A DNA stretch of 64,000 nt from Octopus vulgaris. Its lineage: Eukaryota. The stretch is taken from positions 12,648,001-12,712,000 of the forward strand of contig OX597828.1 of assembly GCA_951406725.2 (NCBI GenBank), in the 5' to 3' direction. The translations under genes and the position numbers were made by a program. The notes below the pieces were generated by a model. It did not search any database. It was not told the DNA's origin and worked only from the letters and a program-made list of their open reading frames with translations. Positions 56,090 to 64,000 of this stretch are shown one piece after another; the stretch's first letter is position 1; each line of letters opens with the position of its first letter.

Positions 56090-59000
56090 TGTTGTGGGGA
56101 TAGTAGTAATAACGGTACACCCTTCCCATATGACGAGTGGTATGTATTAGTCACTATAAATAAGGTGACGTCGGTCAGTATAAAGAGAGAGTACAAAGTA
56201 AACGGTCATAGATAATCGTGGTATTACTTGTCTTACTAACTATATTGCTATACCGGAGTAGGCGTTATAACAATCCAACAGTGATGACGAGGAATTAGCA
56301 AACCTCACAAAAGTCTTTCTTTTTTTTTTGCGAATTTTACGGAAAAAAATCGTAAAATTATGGAAAATTCGTTATCCGGCTTGCTCGAGTCGCAAAAACA
56401 GCAACAACAGCAACTGAAAGAACAACAACAGCTGCAACTGCAAGTACTACAGTAGAAGCTACAATAATAGCAGCTACAATTGCAAGAGCAACAACAGAAA
56501 TAACAACAACAACTGACAGAACAACAGCAGCAGCTATTACTGCAAGAACAACTTCAGCAGTAAAAGCAACAAACAACAAATGTTGTAATTAATGAAGAGT
56601 AAGTAGTCAGGAAATGCTGAAAAAATGTTCTCGCCAGATTCTTTTGCGAACTCGATAACAGAGTTTAAGTATGAACCAAACGAAGGAGTTACCTTCGAGG
56701 CTTACTATAGAAGATATGAACAAATCTTGAATACAGAGTGCAAAGATTGGGACGACGATATGAAAATGCGTTTGATCCTAAGAAAACTGGCGGCATGAGA
56801 ACATGACCGTTAAAGCAACCACGTACTCCTGAAAAAGAACCTTCTGAAATAAACTTTAAAGATACAATAAACCTATTTTTAGTGAGAAAAGCTCATTGTT
56901 CAATACACGTTGGAAATGTTTGAACCTAGAAAAGAACAACGAGGTGGACTATATCAGATATGCTGGTAGAGTTAACAAGGAATGTGAAAAGTTCAAACTG
57001 GACAAATTAATGCTAGATATGTTCAAGTTCCTGATATTTATTCAGGAACTAACTACAGAGAAAGTCGCAAAAGTAAGAACAAGAATTTTCGCTAAGCTGG
57101 AACAAAACCAAGCTGTAAACTTTCAAGTGTCAGAAGAGTGTGAAAGAATGGTAAATTTATGACTCGACACAGAGAAAAATTGAACATAAAAATTGCTCCA
57201 GAGTGAAACAAGTGCGAATTAGGCAGAATAGAAATCAAGTGTGTACTAAAATACAGTAAAAAAAAGGACAAGAATCAGGAAACAAAGTCATGTTTTACAC
57301 GTGGAGGTCTACGCCTGAGGAAAAGCTGTCCATTTAAGAAGGCGGAATGCTTCCGTTGTGGAAAAGTTGGACACGTAAAAGCACACTGTTGAACTAAATT
57401 GACAAAACGTTGGAACAAAGAAAAAAGAATGTCGTCGAAAGAAAATGGTAATATAACAAAGAGAAAATTCGTAAATGTGAAAATTAAAAATATAAGAGTA
57501 AAAATGCAGTTAGACATTGGAAGTGATATTACTATTGTGAAAGAAAAAACTTGGAAGTATATCGGTAAGCTGAAATTAAGTAAATTTACAAAAGTAGCAC
57601 ATGGTGTTACGAGTAAAAGATTGTATTTTGTTGGTGAATTTGTGTGTAATGTAACAGTTCGTGTCCAAATGAAAACGGCAAAAACATATGTGCTAAAAAA
57701 TTCAGTTAATCTATTCGGCACAAATTAGAGGGAAATATTCAAACTGTGGAATACGCGCATAAGTGTTTTATATGGGAATATAGTCGGTTGAGTCGAAGGT
57801 TCGAACGCGGCTGAGGGAATGAATAATTTATTTCTAGGTTTTCTTGGAGAAATGAGCTATTGCACGAAAACAAAGAGAAGACATCTGTATTTAAGCCGAC
57901 CAGGTATACAATGAAATTGAAAGACTTGAAAGCTTAGGAATAATCGAGAAGACGGATCACTTAGGTTGGCAGAACCTACGGTCTACGTAAAAAAGAAAAA
58001 TAACAAGTTAAGAGTTAGTGCAGATTTTTAACAGGTTCGAATGACTGCTTAATCTCACATAACTACCCATTGCCGAGTCCTGAGGAAGTGCTTGCAAAAT
58101 TGAATGGAAGAAAATTCTTCTCAAAATTAGACCTCTTGGAGGCATATCAACAAATCCAAGTAGAAGAATAATGCTCACATTTATTAACCATCAATACACA
58201 CCATGGTTTATTTAAATTTAAGCGGCTTTCTTTCGGTGTAAAAGCGACTGTAATTTTGCTATCGCCTATTTAGACGGTATTCTAATAAAAGGTGAATCAC
58301 ATGAACATGTGGAACACGTTAAAAGAGAATACGAGTTCAAGTTAACGGAAGAAAAATGCGAGATCTTTATGAAAAGAATTAAATACTTGGGTCAGATAAT
58401 AGATAAAAACAGACGGAAAAGATCCATCCAGAGCTACAGCGATAAAATTTATTCCCGCGTCGAATAATGCGACTATGCTACAAGCATTTTGGGGTTTAGT
58501 AAGTTATTATCAAATTTACATTCCCAGTATACTTAATGTAAGGGCCCCGTTCAATGATCGGTTAAAGAAATACAAAATGGTTTTCGAGTGGTAAGTGACA
58601 GAAGGCATTTGACGAGTTAAAAAGCATTTTAACATCGGACTTGTTAATGCATCTTGATCCAAAATTGGATATTGTATTGGCTACAGGTGCGAGTGATTAG
58701 GAACCGTGCTTCTGCATAAATATGGCGATGGGAGTAAAAAGGCTAAAACCCATGCATCACGATCGTTATTACCAGCTGAAAGGAACCATAGTCAGATAGA
58801 AAAAGAAGCATTAGCAATTATATTCGGTGTGAAAAAAATACACAAATTTATTCATGGAAGAAGTTTCTGTCTACAAACGAATCATTGCCCACTACTGTCA
58901 ATATACGGTTCCTAAAAAAAGGAGTGCCAACACACACAGCGATGGGGCACAACATAATTGAATTATGACTAGAAAGTGGAATATTTACCGTCAAAAGAAC

Positions 59001-62000
59001 TAGGGCATGCGAATGGTTTGTCCAGACTGATACCAAAACACTGCGAGCCATTTGAAGGTACGGTAATCGCAGCTTGAAGAGCAGATGAAGATATATAATA
59101 TGCAATGTGGAGTATGGTATACGAATTACCGGTAACCCTAGAAGACAAAGCGAAATGCGGTAAAGGATAAATCTATAACAGAAGTGAGAAGAACACTATG
59201 GTCAGGAAGAGTGAATAGTAACAAGACTGGTGCGAAACGAAACCAATACGTAAACCTATACTCAATTTGTGATGGCATACTGATGTATGCACAGAGAGTA
59301 GTGATACCTGAAACACTGCAAAAGAAAATGTTGAGGGAATTTCATGTTGGTCATCCTGGTATTTCGAAGATGAAAGTTTTAATGCGTAGCTACGTGTACG
59401 GCCAAAAGTGAACAGAGAAATCGAAAATTTAATGAAAGGCTGTAGAGGATGTACTCTAGCAGCAAAATAAATGGCGATAAAAAGTGAGCCTTGCCCAAAA
59501 GTAGATGTTCTGTGGTCGGGACTACACATCGATTTCGCTGGTCTTTTAAACGGTTCATACTACTTAGTGGTAGTTGATAGTTTCTCTAAATGGCCAGAAA
59601 TTTGTAAGTGTAAAAAGCCAACCGCCTCAACTGTGATAATTTTTTTACATTAGCTGCTTGCGAGATTTGGCATCCCAGATGCGATAATGTCAGACAATGG
59701 AACGCAATTTGTGTCTTTTGAATTTAAAAGTTTTGAGAAACATTCGCGGTAGAACATGTAACTACGGCGCCATACCATCCCAGATCTAACGGACAAGCAG
59801 AACGCTTTGTCGATACGTTCAAGAGAGCCTGTAGAAAGACGATAAAAGGAGTTGCGGATGATGAGGTAGCTCTACAACAATTCTTAAGAGTATACCGTAT
59901 GACACAAAGGTATGGCACCAGCGGAGCTGATGTTTGCAAGGAAAGTAAAATCAGTGTTCAACAAATTGTTACCTGGCAAGAAAAGAAAATTTGCAAGGGA
60001 AAATACAGCAAGGATCTTCTAAATTGGTGAAAAGGTATTTTTGAAAGGTATATAAGAACGGAAAACAGAGTTGGGAAGGTGGCGTGATTACCAAACACAT
60101 AGGAAAAAGGCTATATTTGGTAAAAAGTAGAAAAGGCGTATACAAGTGTCACATGAACCAACAGAAAAGAGATTCGTTGAGAGCAAACCCAAGAGAATGA
60201 AAGAACTAATGGAATGGTTATATGATACTTTTCAAGTACTAGCGCCACTACGGGTGATTGAACCCAGGCGCATAAACGTATGAAAAAGTAAATGTACGGA
60301 GTTCCTGAAAGTGAATACTGAACGGAAAAAATATTACATGTGTAACTAAGAAAAAACCTCAAAAAAAGGGAGGCCGGGTGAGTTAATTTTTGTTACTGCG
60401 TTACACATTAATTTTGTTGGACGTTTTTTTGTTGTGCGGTTGTACGGTATTTGTCTGTCTGTGGTGGGACGGACAGGGACGGCCCCTCCCTAGTGGGAGA
60501 GACGGCAAGAGTGTTCGAAACACTGTCAGACTTGTCTACGTCTGAGGAGGAGTTGGAGGAGGCGGTGGGGGGAATGGACCAGAAGTTGGGTGGTGCCTGT
60601 GCTGGAGTGGCTGAAGGGTCGGAGGAGGGAGAGTTGGACTTGGCCAAGCTGCCGGGTTGCCAGGGGTTTATCAGGAAGGAGGGCGGTGAGGTGGAGTTGG
60701 CACCGCCACCGAGGCGTAGAGAGTGAACGGGGGGGACCGTTACATACAGGGTCTATGTGGGCGGAAGGAGAAGGGTCGAAGTGGTGAATATGGAATGGAT
60801 GGAGGAGGCTCTGGGAGGGGCGGAGGGGGGGATAACATTTCTGGCAGGAGGTGTGAGCTGCGTTGCTGTGGTGGTACGGTTCGGGAGTGGAAGTGTGGCA
60901 GGGAGGATGGCGGCGGGGGCGGTGAGGTCTGAGAGGGTGTTCCTTTTGCCCTCGTGCCTAAACAGGAAGATCACTGGAATAGGGGTGGAGGGAGTGCCCC
61001 CGAGTGTCGAGGCTGAATGGATTCTGGCAGCTGTAGTTGGCGGTCAGGAGGAGGAGGTGGACGTCCTCCACGCCGCGGTGAAGATCGAGGGCTGGAGGGG
61101 CGCAGCGCTGGACTTGAATTTTCAGGCGAAGGATGAAGTGCTGGAGAATCTAGCAGAGAATATCGGGGTGGGAGGCGTGATCATGAGGGTGTTGGTGGAG
61201 GGTAGAGCTCCTCGCTGTTACAAGTGTGGCCAGAGAGGACACATAAGAGCGAACTGCCCTCCCCCAGAGAAGGATATGGATGCGGAGCTACAGAGAGAGG
61301 CGGAAGAGGTGCAGAAGCCTGTAGAGAAGGAGACAGCAGAGGAGGAGGAGGTTTCGGGGGAGTGGGGGAGTGGGGGCCAGGAAGGGGAGGAGGGGAGGAA
61401 TGGGAGGAAAAGCAAACAGTACAGAACCCCAATCCTCCCCAACACCACCCGCACCCTCTGAGACCCGCCCTCTCCCTGCAGACGGTGAACCCACCCGCTC
61501 CCCTCCAACAGGAGGACAGAAGAGAAAAGACATATACAACCAAGATATAAAAAGTGAACCCGGGCCCAACATTGTATGTATGACGGGAAAGGAAAAGATT
61601 AAAAAGACAATGGAAGAATATCAATGGTGCGACAGAGGACCGATCAGACATGCAGTAATTGAAAAGGAACGAATGGACGAGTTTATGGTAATGTGTGAAA
61701 GGGAGGATTGGGAAGTAAGTGAAGTGAGAATGGTCGAAAAAATCATGAGGGATTTGGAAGAGACGTTTGAGAGAAGGATGGAGATGGAAGGATTTTGTAT
61801 AGGAACTGAACAAGGAGCATTTGTGTGGGATTAATAACTAAAGGACAGGTAAGTGATGCTAGCGGATGGGGCCGTTAGCATCACTTTCATAATATCATTT
61901 TCATAATTCATCTTTCATTTCTATGTAATCGTGATGTTCCATGTCCCCAATGTGTGTAGCATCCCCTCAGTGTAGCCCCTAGTGGGTAATAAAGAAAACG

Positions 62001-62110
62001 AGAGAGTTCGAAGTAGACGGTCATAGATAGACGTGATCTTACTTGTCTTACTAACTATATTGCTATACCGAAGTCGGTGTTATAACAATCCAGCATTAAG
62101 GGTTGCAACA
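56090..62110 (+). mobile_element. decayed Ty3/Gypsy LTR retrotransposon (Mag-type)
   Basis: 5' LTR 56090-56280 (TG..CA); PBS tgatgacgagga, close to the tRNA-Ser(GCU)-type TGGCGACGAGGA; Q-rich gag with twin knuckles; protease LDIGSD; RT YPLP/KLDL/YLDG; RNase H; integrase HPG..C..C, HIDFAG, SDNGTQF, SNGQAERFV; PPT 60361-60373; 3' LTR remnant 61999-62110; TSD aaac. Confidence 0.95.
60374..61997 (+). mobile_element. ORF1-only (HAL1-like) L1/Tx1-type retroposon inserted in the Gypsy 3' LTR
   Basis: GC-rich frameshifted ORF with RVLVEGRAPRCYKCGQRGHIRANC (CCHC knuckle), stop at 61834, 160-bp 3' UTR with a 15-bp hairpin, and tail tagcccctagtgggtaataaagaaa. No EN/RT motifs. Confidence 0.7.
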
Positions 62111-62430
62111 AAACCCTAGCTTATCCAAACTGTCACTTAGGCATTTGCTTAGAAACCAAGTGCACCAATTATTATTAGTATAAACGTGAATTTATAATCT
62201 GGATATAGAAACTGGAGGTTTCCAAGCAACTGTCCATAGTCATCCTCTTTCTTTTCGATTTTCAAAGCGATATTTGCATCGAGGGGATGGTATATGCTCT
62301 TCTTGTCTGTCCCAAACAACAATATCCGGCCTTTCATGTTTACACTTGACAGGTTTTTTTTCCACCATTGATCCACCAATATTCCTTGATGGCAGGGATA
62401 TTCTCTATATTTATTCCAGGACAATCATTT
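62111..62430 (-). mobile_element. R4-like RLE fragment (host of the Gypsy insertion)
   Basis: KCKHERPDIVVWD..KEDDYGQLL..LYPDYKF..IIGALGF..SKCLSDSLDKLGF. Confidence 0.85.
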
Positions 62431-62519
62431 ATTTATTCCAGGACATGTTTATGTATGTATTTATGCATGTATATATATGTATGTACGTATGCATGTATGT
62501 ATGTTTCTTCACTGCGTTT

Positions 62520-63240
62520 TATATTTGTTAGAATTCTTCTTAGAAGGAAGAGGCTTGTTTCTAACAAAAGAACAGCTTCGTTGCTGAATTTGAATAACAA
62601 CAACAATAAAAGCTGCATATTGAACTTTAAGAAAGTCTTGAATATTTTTACTCCTGCACTGAAAGTTTACGTCAGCCGGTCTCTTTCTTTGCTTGAATAT
62701 CCTAGCTTTGACAACTGCTGATAAACATAACCAAATACAACAGTGACTATTGGTATAAATATAAATTTTTAATCAGTGTAGAGGAGCGGCAACTTTATAA
62801 AGTTGTCTATCGAAATTCTCCTTCTCGCTGGTTTTTGAAGAGATGTTCATATTAGCAGAGCAGCTAACTTCATGACAATGCACGAATTCCCTTTTCTATT
62901 CCAAATAATTATTTCAGGTCTGTATTGCTTGCACATAGTAAACATTTTGATGAGAATGTTCTACCAATATGGAGGGGTTAGATATTAATAGTGTTCTTCA
63001 GAGTCCAAGGCTTAAAAGCTAACCGAAGACAATCTGCTTCCTTTACGAAGCTTTTATACCCTTCAGAAAGCGATCTTCGTTTCAAACACTTGATCTCTGT
63101 GATCTCGCAGATAACAAAAGATTTTTCTCCAAAACCGATTTGAGTCTTGCTTAAGTATGTCATTCTGTTTTGGTGAGGTCGTGAATACTTAGCAGAAAGC
63201 TTTAAATTATAAATGGTTTGCAGAATTCCTTTCATAACAA
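62520..63240 (-). mobile_element. decayed R4-like RLE fragment
   Basis: YW*NILIK..CKQYRPEIIIWNRK and KFIFIPIV; same 3' UTR motif as its neighbours. Confidence 0.65.
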
Positions 63241-63589
63241 TATGAGATGTTTCTGTTTCCTTCCTACTTCTTCATGTCATGGTTTTAAGTTACCTTAATC
63301 CTGTTGCATAAAAACATTATATTTACAGGTTTAATGCAGCACAGATAGAGAAATGATTGAAGTCAAAGAATCAGTTATCTATTAATAGTAACATGCAGCA
63401 CCAGTTGAAATTACACGGCTAGTTTAAAAACTATAAGATTATTGTGAATTTATAGAAAACGATGAAATACGTTTCTTTTGAAATCGTATTTTTCTAGTGA
63501 TTGTTTCTTTAGTTAATGAAACATTCATAGGAGTAATATCATATTAGCAGAAAGAACATATATGAAATCTATATTATTTTGAAGTAGTG

Positions 63590-63710
63590 AGTACGACTCC
63601 CGGACAGGGATGTATGTTGTGTTCTTGAGCAAGACTCTTTATTTCATGTTGCCCCCCAGTTTATCTCAACTGTAGAAATAAGTTGCGACATCACTGGTGC
63701 CAAGCTGTCC
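63590..63710 (+). mobile_element. CORE-type SINE fragment
   Basis: tgtgttcttgagcaagactctttatttcatgttgc. Confidence 0.75.
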
Positions 63711-64000
63711 TCATGTATGCACCCTGCATAAGTATTTTTCGCTTATATATTTGTCGGTGTATGTCTACTGAGGATTACAAAATAATCTTTATTACAGGGC
63801 ATGCAATCTTAGGATATAGGATTATCCGAAATTTTGTTTCGACCTGGGGTAATAAATAGAGAACAAATTTATAGTGGACTGTAGGTATTTGACATCTACT
63901 TCTAGCATATAGGCAACTGGCATTCCAGCGCCCTTAATTATAATTATATTTTTATAATTATACTACTTTATATATATATATACATATCGCCATTACTTAC

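Overview
AT-rich, microsatellite-dense eukaryotic DNA. I found no supportable host protein-coding exon, so it reads as a gene desert or a very large intron. The SINE repertoire is most consistent with an octopus/cephalopod genome (inference). Most ORFs in the supplied track are microsatellite or SINE artefacts. Recognisable content: (i) several tRNA-derived SINE families (Meta-like, CORE-like and V-domain-like modules); (ii) R4/Dong-type RLE LINE fragments stacked in (AAT)n, including an internally deleted copy; (iii) RTE, CR1 and Jockey-like LINE fragments; (iv) Penelope-like element (PLE) remnants, including a near-perfect 1.7-kb tail-out inverted structure and four hammerhead-like motifs, three with a CCGA instead of CUGA core; (v) Helitron fragments and two non-autonomous Helitrons; (vi) tandem mariner MITEs; (vii) a decayed Mag-type Gypsy element inserted into an R4 fragment; (viii) a decayed initiator-tRNA copy; (ix) several unexplained inverted duplications. 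The most interesting candidate is an apparently ORF1-only (HAL1-like) zinc-knuckle retroposon inside the Gypsy 3' LTR. It carries the same 3' tail as the dominant SINE family. All alignments were made by eye; coordinates are approximate unless a motif is quoted.
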